64,000 nt of DNA from Azolla caroliniana (Eukaryota; Plantae; Polypodiophyta). Made by a program: the position numbers and the translations under genes. Positions within the stretch are counted from its first letter, which is position 1. The number at the start of each line of letters is the position of its first letter. Positions 1 through 12,900 of the stretch are shown in pieces. The notes under the pieces are model-generated. The model was not told where the DNA came from. It saw only the letters and a program-made list of their open reading frames with translations, and made no database searches. The DNA lies in the NCBI GenBank assembly GCA_043228905.1, contig JBHGNT010000013.1, positions 10,416,001 to 10,480,000 of the forward strand. The letters run 5' to 3'.

Positions 1-339
1 GGACCAAATGAGCGGCTGAGTCAGGATGACCAGTCGGATGAGGAACCGGCGAGTAGTGGAGACTCTGTCGCGCTCTCCCCGCCCAAGGAACCGAGGAGAC
101 AGTTCACGCGCAAAGAGAAGGGGAAGAAGAAGATGCCGGAATACGAAACCAGCAACGTTGAGTCGGATCGGAGCAAATACGACTCCGGTAAGGAAAAAGG
201 TGGATCTTCGGGAACGAAGTCCGAACTAGCCAAGAAGGGCCTCAAACCGGGTAACGGTAGATTACGTCGGTCTTCCTGCTAGAAGAACCCTATGAAGCGG
301 TACGGGTACAATGAGTACATGGCGCATCACTATGCGTAC

Positions 340-2238
340 ATGACCAAGGTGGCGGAAGTGCGTGAGCCGGAGAGCTACGCAGAAGCGGCAAAGGACGCAA
401 ATTGGCATGCCGCTATGGAGGAAGAAATGCGGGCACTTGATGCCAACAACACATGAGACCTAGTTGACCCTCCCCGACACTGTAAACCGATCGGATGTAA
501 GTGGGTGTACAAGGTAAAGTAAAGTACCAACAGCTCAGTTAACCGGTACAAGGCCCGGTTAGTGACGAAGGGATACGCTCAAACCCACGGAATCGACTAC
601 GACGAGACCTTCACTCTGGTAGCGAAGATGATGACGGTTCGTGTGGTGCTAGCAGTTGTTGCAGCAAGGGGGTGGCATCTTCACCAGATGGATGTGAAGA
701 ATGCATTTCTTCAAGGCGATCTTGAAGAAGAGGTCTTTATGACCTAACCCCTCGGTTTCCAGTCTAAGATGAACAAGTCGGCGGTATGCCGGTTGAAGAA
801 GTCACTTTATGGCTTGAAGCAAGCCCTCCGAGCTTGGAATGCAAAACACACGCATCGGTTGCGTAAGATGGGGTTTGCGGCCTCCAAGTCTGACTCTTCG
901 TTGTTCGACGGTCCAGTTTGCATCTTGTTGTATGTTGATGATCTAGTCATCACCGGACTCGATGAAATCAGATGAGTCAAGTCCCAACTGTCGGATGCAT
1001 TTGAGATGAAGGACCTGGCGGACCTTCACTATTTCCTTGGGATCGAGGTGATCCGAACCCCCGATGGCATATTGCTCTCACAAAGACACTATGTGTTGAA
1101 TATGTTGTACAAATTCGGCATGACAGAATGCCGACCGATTTCCACACCCTTGGACCGGAACCAGAAGCTCTATCCCGACTCCGGACTGGCCTGTGATGAG
1201 AAGTGGTTCCGACAAATCGTCGGAAGCCTTATATATTTGACAATCACCCGACCCGACATCAGTTATCCGGCCAACGTGATTAGCCAATATATGCAGAAGC
1301 CAACCGTGGAGCACCTTCTGTGCGTGCATCGAATTTTGCGATATGTGAGCGGCACGAAGGACCGGGGATTGTTATATCGGCATGGTATAAGTGAAAAGCT
1401 AGTCGGCTACACCAAAGCCGACTGGGCCAGCGATGCATCGGATCGCTGATCCACCTCCCGCTATATGTTTTCCCTTGGTAGCGCAGATGTTGCGTAGAGC
1501 AACAAAAAGCAGCCAACAGTGGCCCTTTCGAGCACTGAGGCTAAATACCGGGGCGCTACTGTTGCCACTTGTGAAGCCATTTGGCTTCGGCGGCTACTGC
1601 AAGACTTGTGGATCGAGGTGCCGACCCCGATCCTGATCTACTGCGACAACATAAGCAGCATATAGCTCGCCAAGAACCCTGTATTCCATGCTCGCACAAA
1701 GCACGTCGAAGTGCACTACCACTTCATGTGTGAGTGTGTCTTGAGCGGTGAAGTCGAACCTCAGTATGTTCATATGGATCGGCAAGTTGCCGACATCTTC
1801 ACCAAACCGCTCGGGTCGGACAAGTTGCAACACTTCACCGAAATGCTTGGTATTCAGCATCTCGACGTGCCACACTTGAGGGGGAGAACGGGCAAAGACA
1901 TCAGAACGGGCAAAGACATCAGAACGGGCAAAGGCAAAGAAACTGTCGATTGCGTCGGTGAGGGAAGAACCGACAAAGGGAGAGACAAGAAGAAGAAAGG
2001 AGCCGAGTCGACAAAGGAAGTCGACACATCTGAACAAGTCAGAACAAGCGGCAGTGGCGGTAGAGTCAAGAAGGACATAGCCGACTGGAAGAAGAAGGCC
2101 AAGACCCGGACATGGTCTGATGTGGTGAAGGGCCTAGAACCGGAAGACGAATCGGGAGCGACCGATTCGGACCAAAGGTGGAACGAATCGGAGACAACCA
2201 ATTCGGTTCAACAGATGGATTCGGAAGAACCGGATTGA
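340..2238 (+). pseudogene. Copia pol (RT-RNase H) pseudogene
   Basis: ORF fragments 562-747, 769-975, 1006-1449 and 1711-2238 are collinear copia RT/RH pieces separated by in-frame stops. Confidence 0.92.
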
Positions 2239-2529
2239 GTTAAGGCCAAGAGGACGAGAAGACAGTGAAAGTCGACGCCAACGCGAAGGAATCGGCGAAT
2301 CGGCAAGCGCCAAAGTCACAGCAGTGAGGGAGCTGAATTAGGCCTGTTGAGCAGACAAGCCGACCGAGGAGGTCGAGGTGCGCAAAATCAGAAGGGTCAT
2401 GACAAACGGGACCGGACCGGACGAGGAGCGCGAGCGAGGCGGTGTGACGCCAGAAGGAGCCAGGGGGAAGGATCAGCTACCATGGAGACTGACACTACGA
2501 TCCGACCTCAAGTTGAGCTTGAGGGGGAG

Positions 2530-2932
2530 TGTTGACCAGTAAGCTCAACTGGATCCGGATCGGCTAAATAAGCTCGAGCCAGATCGGCATACGGAAGGAT
2601 GAGCCGGTGAGCTGGGGAGCCGGTGAGCCGGATCCAACAGTAACCGAAAGCCTAGTAGCAGCCTAGACTACTAGGTAGTTAATGTCTCATAGTTAGAGTG
2701 AGACGCTCGTGTGAGCATTGAAGTACATCGTACTTCTTTCAGTCCTCTTAGGACTTGAATAAATAGTGTTGTTGAGCACGTTGTATGTACACAGAGAACT
2801 ATTATTGTTTTGTAATAAATTTTTAATGTTCTGCTCCTTCTCTGTCTCTCCCGCGTATTAATCTCTCTCTCTCTCTTTGTTGTTATTCGGCTGAGCCAGT
2901 TTTTCTAACGCTTCCGCACCTTCGTTTCTACA
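2530..2932 (+). repeat. 3' LTR of first copia (right end approximate)
   Basis: Starts TG immediately after the PPT. Contains AATAAA signals and ends ...TTTCTACA. The 5' LTR is outside the window, so the end cannot be confirmed. Confidence 0.65.
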
Positions 2933-3054
2933 CAAAGCCCTTTATATATTAACCAGGCTAGGGCAATTACCCTTTGACATATTTACAAAGATATCCTAAA
3001 CCTAGACTATCCAAAGGGACAATGTGAATACAGCCATTAGAGACCCATAGTCAA

Positions 3055-3540
3055 CAATCCGGCCTTCTCTTCGACCATGAGAGATAATTCAACCTTCCCT
3101 TTCAATGAAACACCCTCTGTCATTGAAGGGAACTTGCATGCCTTGTTCCACAATTTGGTTGACCGAGACCAGATTCTTCGTTATTGTTGGAACATGCAAG
3201 ATGTTCTTGATGTAGGTTTAGTTGCCCTCTTCACCGAATAGGACATTACTGACATGTTGAATGGGGTGAATTTTGTCATCCCTAGTTTCCACATACGCAG
3301 GTCATTTGGGTTTTCGCAATTCTCGAAACCAATCTGCATGAGACGTCATGTGATTGGATGCGCCCGAGTTGACAAACCATACCTTTTCAGAGTTTGAGGT
3401 GTTAATCGGGTTGGAGGTTGTCATTGGGTTTACTCTATGCCTCATTACAAACATTTCGCCATGATTGTTGTAGTCGGCGTGTGAAAGCCGACTCACTCTT
3501 CTTCTTCCGACACTCTGCCTCGTAATGGCTAAATTTGTCA
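3055..3540 (-). mobile_element. Ty1/copia gag-protease fragment
   Basis: Minus-strand WFVNSGASNHMT (copia protease DSGA motif variant) and ILHVPTITKNLVSV. Confidence 0.8.
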
Positions 3541-4774
3541 AAGTATCCGCACTAGGGGGAGGAGGGAGAGAAAGAAAGAAAGAAACAGGATTAAGAATGA
3601 ATGAATCCGCAAAAGGAAATGGATAATTGGGTTAAGTAGAAATTTTTATTTTTTCTAATCAAGAATCAAAATCGCCGACTTGAAGACACACACACACATA
3701 CAACACATAACACGCACACAAATGCTACGATTGGAGAGACCGATTCTGAATTTTGGTTCTCTTTTCCCCTGCATTTTTCTTTACGTTTCCACGAGACCCC
3801 ACCCACCATCACGTAACAAATTCTTTTAATTTTATTTTTTCCTAGAAACTCCTTTCTTTTATTGTTTTGTGAATGTTTGGAACATAGTTTTAATTTCATT
3901 TGATATAATTTCATCATGAACAATGTAAATTTTTTGATCTGGATTTTGACCTCTATAAAAAAACACAATTAATAGAATGGCCCACTTAAGTGGGTACCCA
4001 CTTAACCAAATGGTTACCGTATTACAAAGAGGAGGAGAAGGTGCTTATGTAGTGAGTTTTGATGATTGGAAAAACACCTAATTTTTGTTGTAAACCAATT
4101 GTCTCATGGGCCAAATTTGGCCTTAGAAGACATTAATATTTCTTTCTTTCTTTCTTTCTATGTTCTCTCACTACAACCACCACTTGGAAAAGAGGTGGAG
4201 ACTTAACTACGTACTAAATATGCATCATAGGACTTAACTTCTATGACACTCAGTTTATGATACAAGGAGATGGGATGTTCACACACTTGAGTATTCTTGA
4301 GTTGTGTTCCCACACTAGGGAGGTTGAGTTTAATCCTCAACAATAACCTATTGTATTTTATCGTCTAACAACATGTTAGTCATTATAGTGTCGAGAAACA
4401 AATGTTATATACCCCTCATACTTCTTGAGATAGGATCACTTCCCATTGAGATCATGGCCATTGCATGGATTTTTAAGTACAATAAGGTTCAAACATGTCC
4501 TCATATCACAAACTTTCTATAATCGCGTAGGAAGCAAGAAAATTGATAAAAAAGACACATAAAAGATAATATTTGTGAGTGCAAGATATGAAAAAATGGT
4601 TTGGATGATGAGAGGCAACACACTTCATGATGCATCAATAGATTCCTTTGTGAACGAAACTTTTTTGGAACACTAATGTATCATGACATGGGGAAAATGT
4701 GGAGGCTCACATTTAACACATTTTGCATGACTATAAAACCATGTTCTTTGCCGAAAGGGGAAACTACGCCCTAA

Positions 4775-5090
4775 TACATGTTAGAGCCCATTCGACTATA
4801 TGACATCCGAGCCATTGCTTCCATACAACTTTGTTCAACTCACTTTCATGTGACATGAGACATTAGGGCACGAGTAACGAAAGTCGTCAACTATGCACAT
4901 TTTCTCCTAAAACAAGTTTGGGAGTTTGTGTGTGTATCATATTTCAATACAATGCTCCACCTTTGATCACATTCAGACTATGCTTTCCACACATCTTCAA
5001 GACAACCCAATCCTAACATGAATTTATCTCACAATCATAGTATACACCTCAATCGTGACATTCATGAATAAAGTTCATGAACATCGATCG
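4775..5090. repeat. Dispersed repeat, copy 1 (direct copy at about 15475-15783)
   Basis: Collinear shared blocks TACATGTTAGA, CCATTGCTTCCAT, CTATGCACA, ATACAATGCT, CCTTTGATCA, ATGCTTTCCACA, CCCAATCCT, GAACATC. Confidence 0.8.
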
Positions 5091-5313
5091 AGGGTCACAA
5101 GTTCTCACATTTGATATGTATTATGTGAAAACATTGTATTATATTTCTTTTCCATTTTTGGGCTCCCCAAGACGATAACGAAATCTATATAATATATATA
5201 TGTATATGTATATGTATACATGTACATATATCTCTTCCTAAAGCAATCGACAATGTAAACAGTCTTTAGTTAGGGGACCCTACAGCAATGGGCAAGGGTA
5301 ATTACTTGTAAAT

Positions 5314-5358
5314 AAACCCTAAACCCTACGAGAATGGTGTAAATTAACCCTAAACCCT
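5314..5358 (+). promoter_or_regulatory. Telo-box motifs (AAACCCTA) upstream of NYN gene
   Basis: AAACCCTAAACCCTA at 5314-5328 and TAACCCTAAACCCT at about 5345-5358, 50-100 bp upstream of the ATG. Telo-boxes are known plant promoter elements. Confidence 0.6.
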
Positions 5359-5410
5359 CGCCTCTCTCACACACACCCACAAACCAAATAGAACTAACAG
5401 AGAGGGAATC

Positions 5411-7679
5411 ATGTTGTTCCTGTTCCGACAAGGTGTGCACAGAACCATTGGTACCCCTAGGGTTAGGGTTAGGGTTAGGGTTAGGGTCAACCGTAGCATC
5501 CGTCATCATTCCTCCTCATCAGGAAGAGCAGGAGGAGGACGAGATAGGGAAGATGCTGATGCTCATGGCGATGGCGATGGCGATGTGAGCGATGTGGCTG
5601 TGTTCTGGGACTTTGAGAATTGCCCCGTGCCATCGAACCTGGATCCTTTCCTTGTGCGCCGCAACATTGAGAGAGCTCTGCGGAAAGATGGTCTATTCGG
5701 TCCCATCTCGCTCAGAGGATATGGAAACATCCAAAACATCTCTAGGGCTCACGTCCTCGAAGCTCTCTCAGAAACTGGAGTTGGCCTCCATCATGTGCCA
5801 TACGGTATACATTCTTTCTCTGATCTCTCCATTTACATAGATTATCATAACTTTTAGCTCTTCTTAGTTTGTGCTTCATGAGGTTTTGTTCTTGTATGCG
5901 TGAGAAAACGTACATTGTAACATTTTTGGGTCTCTAGAGGAAGTTAGTGTATATTCTCTTTCTCTTTCATGCAATGAAGCTTCGTAGAGAAATCTATGGC
6001 TATGATTTGCTTATTGGAACGAAGCTTTCGTTTGTGCATTGTTTGTAAATTGTAATTTGTGAGGTCATTGTCTTGACGTCATTTCCCAGGAGTAAATTTG
6101 TTGATGTGAACCAATTAAATTGGTGGTATCCTTGATCTCGACCTGATTTTTCATTTTATATGAACAAATCATGAAGACACTCTTTTGGGAGCCAATGGTT
6201 TGTCTGCACAATCTTAAACTTGTATAAACGAATGCAATGACAGATTCATTGATTTATACTTCAATCCATTGTTGTGTAAAGTCTCTTATATGACGTGTAA
6301 AGAGAGCAGTAACTTTTTCGATCTATTTTTCTTACGTACAATGTGTGAAGGAATTTCTCTCACATTAGGCTAGTTTAGGTTGTTTCTTTTGAAGTCATCT
6401 TCTAATGAATATGAGAATGGATTAATTATATGTACTGTGAACTCAATCCATCTACAGTTCTTTCATATCGTAAGATCAATCTTATTGCCTATTTATGTTC
6501 ATTGGAGTTACAGACATATAAACAGTATGCTACTTTCTATTTGTTTTTTGTGTGTGAATAAGTGTGTAATCATTGAAATATAATGGAAAGACAAGTGCTG
6601 GAATTTCCTCCCAACATCCACAAGGGTGATGTTCCACATGGAACATTCATCTGCATAGGCTTTGCCCAAGTCCAAAACGACTTGGAACCACATGATTCGT
6701 GTAAGAAAACAAAGGAAAAAATGTGTCCACTGGAGTTCTTGAAAGCAAGTATGGGGGTTTGGTTGAGTCTTGATCACATGAGTCTTTTTATTTTGCAGGT
6801 GGCAAAAACTCGAGCGATCGTGCGTTGCTGATTGACATGTTACTTTGGACAATCAAGCATTCACCTCCTGCTCATGTGCTTCTCATATCAGGAGATAGTG
6901 ACTTCTCGATACTTCTTCATAAAATGCGAATGCTAAGCTATGATGTTCTCTTGGCAGCTCCCAACAAAACTGCAATGTCTACTGCTCTTGTAAATGCTGC
7001 TAATAGAGTGTGGGTGTGGCCTGATATAGCCATAGGCCATAACGGACAGTCAAGTCGTTCTTATTCTCAGGACACTACTATTGGTGATACTAATAAAAAC
7101 AAGGGAAATATTAAACAGTGTAATGATAGTAATTTTGTTGAAATATATGGCTCGGAAACTAGTTCTAAAGCTGGATGTGAGGATATGGGTAAAGAATGTG
7201 TCTCTAAATTGTCTGAGGCACAATGCCTTCCTTCCATTATTGTTAACAAGATCATTAATATTGTAGAAGAAAGACCAGGGATTTCATTGGGCAGTATAAC
7301 CAAAGAGTTGAGGCATTTGAACCTCAACCCTCGCTCATTTGGGTTTACTAGTTTTTACCACCTCTTAATATCAATGAAACAGCTGCAAACTAGCTTTGTT
7401 GATGGATTGGGCATGAAGGACAGAGTTACATTCTATTTGACCAATGATTCAAACAATGGTGTTTGTGAATCTGCACTGAACATGGAATGTGTAGATGTAG
7501 AAGCATCAGAGTCGAAAATTAAAGACCTTTTTGACCCAAAACCCGACGTTAACAAAGCTTCTGGAGCCTCCTGTGAGAAGAGTCCATTGAAGGAGGGTAC
7601 AGATAAAGGACAGGTTGCCGATCCCAGAAGCACTGGTTCTTGGAGATCTTGGTTGGCTAGTTTGTTTAGAAATGCTTGA
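5411..7679 (+). CDS. NYN-domain (PIN-like/LabA/DUF537) ribonuclease with a probable OST-HTH/LOTUS domain; exons 5411-5804 and 6799-7679; about 424 aa; probably mitochondrial
   Basis: Hallmark NYN motifs VAVFWDFENCPVP, GGKNSSDRALLIDM (restored across GT-AG intron 5805-6798) and LLISGDSDFSILL. IVEERPGISLGSITKELRHLNLNPRSFGFTSFYHLL resembles LOTUS. The N-terminus is Arg-rich and lacks acidic residues. Confidence 0.9.
5457..5486 (+). repeat. CTAGGG(TTAGGG)4 telomere-like repeat inside exon 1, encoding PRVRVRVRVRV
   Basis: Read directly from the sequence. Confidence 0.95.
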
Positions 7680-9140
7680 ACATTGCTTCCGAGTTGTTTA
7701 GAAAAATATTGCATTGGTCTCCAAAGTCCTTATCATGGTGAATGTACTTATATTGATCACTTTTAATCCTTGTTATATGAATCCCCTCTTGAACCCATTG
7801 TTCGTATGCTACATGGAAGGGTTTTGGTTTTTCATTGAGCACTTCTACACATGCATACATTCACAAAAATGCCCTAAAGTATTAATCTCTCTGAGTGTTT
7901 ATAATGTGTCTCTCCTCAAACACTAAATGAGTGGAGCTCAAATTTAAAGTCACTTCATAAATACAAAAACATTTGGTGAGCTGTAATATTTTGCTAATAA
8001 AAGAACTAGAACATCTTTCTTTCTTTTTTGACAAATTTCTATGATTGAATGGATCTTGTGGTGATAGAAGGGTTGTTTTTGTTTAGAGTTTTGATTGGGA
8101 GGTAAAACCCTTTCAAACAAGTATGGAATCAATACATGGTGTGCAAATGTGATGCCCATATTGTTGTGCTTGTTTATGGTTTCATAGTTCAGGATTTTTG
8201 AATTACCATATCAGCAACTTTGATGGACTTTTAATGGCATTCTTGTCTAGCAAAGTGGAGAAGGTACAAGTATACATGCAAGAGCGGTCAGGAGGGTTAA
8301 ATGAATGCGAGGAGAGGGAGAACCTATATAGATAGTTGGTTGGCTAGGTGTTATTGACATCTCATGAATTAGGGAGCTTAAAGTTGATTGTTTTAGCACA
8401 CATGGGGCAACATATATGGACTTTCACTTGACTCGTGATAGTTTTAGCAACCCTTTCTAGGATTGGGTATGAGCTATGGATAGTGATTGAGGGACAGAAA
8501 GGCATGATAGTTATGTTAGTGAGAACATTTGTATACATTTTTTAGATGGTATGCCATATTTTTAGATGGACTTAAGCATGGAAATATGTCTTTTATTGTG
8601 TCTTTAAATTAACATCTTGATTTTTGCCTAGCCTTATGGTTACAACTTCAATAAAATAAATACATGTAATTCTATCCTTTTTCAATTAAGAAGTGAGACC
8701 ACATGTTTTTTACGTCATCTATTTATCATCTCCCAAAACTTCACCATTTTTCTGAAAATGGCATGTGTGATGTCCGATCAACAACTTGATTGATTGGTTG
8801 GGAGCTTTGATTTTAGTTGAAGTGCGTTTAGGATGATCCCTCGTGGAAAGAAATGGGTGATGCTAGATGATAGAAGTACCAATCGAATGAATTTATCCAA
8901 ATGAGCTCATGGTTCTCGAGAATAACTTGAATTACATAAATTACAATGTTGGAACAACTTTTTATGCAATTGTCAAAGTTGAAAAAAGTTGAAGTCCTTC
9001 TACTTCCAATAATGTTAATCACCAAGATTTAGATGAGCATATCCAAGTGTAATGCTTGTATGATTTTTGGGTCTCATCGACACGATATGTATGTAAACAT
9101 CAATAAATGGCATATTACACACAAATGGCAACTTTATTTT

Positions 9141-9335
9141 GAACGTTGAGTTGGAAATGGCAACAAACGAGCAAAAAATATAGAAGTCGAGGGTTTGACA
9201 AAAACCTTGGGGGTAGCTACCAAGTTTTACACAAATTCTAGCTGAACGTTGAGTTGGAAATGGCGACAAACGAGCAAAATATAGAAGTTGAGTTCAACAA
9301 AAACCTTGGGGGTAGCTACCAAGTTTTACACAATT
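9141..9335. repeat. Tandem duplication of about 103 bp
   Basis: GAACGTTGAGTTGGAAATGGC...GGTAGCTACCAAGTTTTACACAA occurs twice, starting at 9141 and 9244. Confidence 0.9.
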
Positions 9336-9797
9336 TTCAGTTGCAATGTTCTATATGTACATCAAAGTTCAAAGAGAAAAAATTCAAAAAGTTCACACGC
9401 ACATGGAGATGAAACAAAGATAAGGAGTGAAATAGGGAAGCCAACTTGAACAGTGAAGTGGCACAAGTTGACGTGTTAGATGAGGCCTCAATAGATGGAG
9501 GAGCAGATGACAGGACAAACACACATTCGCAGTAATAGCTGCCACACCAACGTAAGCAGGTCACGAAGGAATATATTTGTCCGCATGTGAATGACAAACC
9601 AAAGCCATCGGGAATGTGTTAATTGACGGGTAATTTATTTGCTCCGGGAAGGACAGAAGCAAAAGGTGATATATGTAGTATAAATATGACCGTTTTTGGT
9701 GAAGCTTAGTTTTGGTCGGAGTTTGTGTGTTCCCCCCTCCAACACACACACACAAAAAGAAGAAGAAGAAAAACACAAGAAGAAGGAGATAATAAAA

Positions 9798-9805
9798 TTT
9801 GGCGG
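9798..9805 (+). promoter_or_regulatory. E2F binding site TTTGGCGG
   Basis: Matches the TTTSSCGS consensus about 185 bp upstream of ATG 9986. A second E2F-like TGGCGCCAA lies at about 9842-9850. Confidence 0.6.
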
Positions 9806-9910
9806 GCGGACAAGTGTGAAACCGATTCTGAATTTTCGTAATGGCGCCAAGAGTTCTTCTGTAAAACGAACTGAAGAACACACAGAAGAAATAGATACAA
9901 CAAACACACA

Positions 9911-9922
9911 GAGAGAGAGAGA

Positions 9923-9980
<58 letters not shown>
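9911..9980 (+). repeat. (GA)n microsatellite in 5' leader
   Basis: Long GA run ending 5 bp before ATG 9986. Confidence 0.95.
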
Positions 9981-9983
<3 letters not shown>

Positions 9984-9985
9984 CC

Positions 9986-12900
9986 ATGGCCTCCATCGAC
10001 AGCGACGACGACTGCTTCCTCGCTCCTGCACAGTTCGCATCTTCCACCCCCCCTACCATGTCCCTCAAACGCCTCACGAAGAAGAAGAATTCCGCCGTCT
10101 CCTCGTTTAGTCCTCAGCAAGATTCAAAGCCGGAGCGTTTCCCTGACATAGGGCTTAATCTATCCTCTCCTGGTTCTATGTCTACTCAGAGATCCGATGA
10201 TAATGATGGAGATTCTCGAGGTTCCTTCTCCTCTCCAGCTCTCGATGGATATGTTAGTGAATGCAGCGATGATGAGCTCATGCCTGAAGTAGAGATAGAG
10301 CAAGGGGATTACAAACATGTGCATGTCGCATCAGATGCAGAGAAGGATGACAGCGAAGATAGCAAAAGTGTGCAAGACGACGATCATGGAGATGGAGATT
10401 CTGACGGCGATTCAGAAGAGGAATTTGTAGATGAGGACGATGAGCTCGCAGTATTAAACTTGCTCGATAAGAGAAGGAATTCTGGAGTGATGAAGCCAGA
10501 TTCCGCCACAGAAGCTCCACTTCCAATCGATCAAACTGAAGAACAGCACGACCTCAATACCAGAACGAAAAAAGTATGTCTCAATTCTGTTGGTCTCTTT
10601 GCTCTACGATCGGAAATAAAAAAAATCATTACAGCTTTCACATTTTAATTCAGAGCATTTGAAGCTAAACACATATGTGAGAGAAACCGTAATCTATTTC
10701 TTTCTCGTATGTCTGTTAGATGAAAGCGTCTGACTTGGAAGAGATACATGCTGCATCACAACGTCTCCTTCGAGGTTGGTACTCCAAATATTTTGTGTGT
10801 TTCAATTTGCATTGAGCAAATGGTAATTTTCTCAGATCCATTGTGCAAAAACCTTTTTCATTGTGCTTATAGAATTTTATTTTATTTTTCATTCCAGAAA
10901 CTCCAAATGCTTCTTTCAAGCCCCATGTGTTGTCTGCAAAACCTATCTCTTCTGTTCTTGAAAAGATCAGGTTAAGGAAGTTACAACTATCTCAAGGGTG
11001 GGTACATTTATAAGTTTTTTGTATCATGATGTCATGCTAGATTCATAAATCGATGTTGCTTGCAACCTTGCACCTCCATTTGTACTTTGAACTTTATTCT
11101 CTTTCTTATATGTCTAATAGGTTGGAATCGAGAAATAAACATCTGATTCCAAGGAAACAAACTAGTGCTTCTACAGTGGAAATAGAAGCTTTGAAGGAAG
11201 ACTCCAAATTGTTGAAGAATATGATGTCTTCAGAAGAAGCATCAGCAGATCTTAATGATCCTTGTGCACAAGAAGATGAGGTGAACTTGAATAACTAATG
11301 CTGGTCATGATTAAATTAGCTGGAAATATAAGCATATTTGCACAGAATAACTGATGATGCCATTTTAAGGATGCCAACTTCAATAATCAAGAGTTAAATC
11401 CAAAATGATTATCTACCAATAGCAAAAAAACTTCTTTTGAAAAGAATAAATGCCAGAAGCAGTCAGTGAATGCTTCCATTAAACTTCTTATTGTCAGGGT
11501 AAGATTGTTTCCACACCGGTGTATTCAAGTGAAGAGGATGCTTCAAATGCGATCAACACACCTGAAAAACAAACTGAAAAGCAACCTGATATTGTAAGTT
11601 GTCTAGGTGTTTGGTTTCTTGAGTTATGGGATTATGACATTAAATTTCATTTTGTTTACAGATTTCCAGTGCTACAATCCTTGGAATTAAAAATTCATTT
11701 AGAGCACCTATGGAAGACACCCAGGTTAGGTGTTGAACTGCAACTAACCTTAATATTATCTATAATTAAGAAATCTATGCAAGTTCTGCGTTTTATATAA
11801 ATCTTCTAGTAATTGTCACCTTTCAGGATTTATTCTCACATTCTCAATCAAGCCAGGAAGATGTCCATGTTTATGGATTGTGCTCTGAAGATGATGGTAA
11901 TAATGGCATACAAAATGCATCTGTAAATCTGCATTTTGATACAGAAACTCAAGAAGATTATGGAAAGTAAGTATGGTGATGGTGCATCATGTGTACGTTT
12001 GTTGAGGCAATTCTCTTTTTTTATATATTCCAATCTTCATCCTGTAGTTGGCAAGATGCAGATGACAACAAAGAGAATATGGCTCCAGCAGGTGTTCCTG
12101 TACACATTGATAGAGGTCCGTCAATCAGAGCTTTAATTGATGATGAGGCCGAGGATGAAGATGAAGACGAGCTTGGGTTAGAGGATGATGAAGAGGAAGA
12201 TGATGGGCACGGCTTAGGAGACATGATAGTCGAAGAAACGCAAGAAGAGAAAGCTGAAGCTAGGAAACGTGCCGAATTGCACCGCAAGTGGCTAGAGCAA
12301 CAAGACTCTGTCACTACGGATGACATCCTTCTGAGGTTAAAGAGTGGATGGAAATCAACTGAAAACAGAAAGCGTGGATTAGAGTTTCTTGCTGATGATG
12401 GAGGTGATGATGATGATGATGTTCACCACATCCCTTTGAAGCAGTCAAAGAGAGCACAAGAACATGTAGGTGGTGACAATGAAGATGAAATGCCTGATGA
12501 AAATGAAGACAGTCGAGATTCAGCTGTGTTAAATGTAGATCTCCCAATGGAGGAAGAAGCTAAAATATTCAACACTTTTGAAGATGATGATGATGCTCAC
12601 GAGTCTTCGGATGATGAGGAGAGAGAACATAGAATCATGCGAGAACGTTTTCTTCAAGACTCTGTAAGTGTGCAAGTAGACAGAAAGGGAAGAATTTCAA
12701 GCTTCAAAGCTGTATTAGTGTAATGTATAACTGGAGATTTGAAATCTGACATTAACTTTTAAGTGTAAATTTAATTTATCAACCTATGTGTGTATGTTTG
12801 AAGGAGAAGCAGGGAGAGTTCATGTCCCCTGCAGATGATGAAACTTCAAGGGAAGTCTTTGTGCTAATAAATAAAGTCAACATAGCTTCCAAGACCAAGA

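Larger units (their letters stand above)
1..2932 (+). mobile_element. Degenerate Ty1/copia LTR retrotransposon, 3' half (RT, RNase H, PPT, 3' LTR)
   Basis: Copia RT motifs ([44 protein letters not shown]) and RNase H (QVADIFTKPL), broken by stops and frameshifts. PPT GAGGGGGAG at 2521-2529 is followed by TGTTGA. Confidence 0.93.

Noticed and set aside
2933-3053. Possible minus-strand partial LTR starting TGTTGAC
   Set aside because: No partner LTR or TSD in the window to confirm it.
9561-10151. ORFs with poly-LS or poly-ER tracts
   Set aside because: Artefacts of the (GA)n microsatellite.
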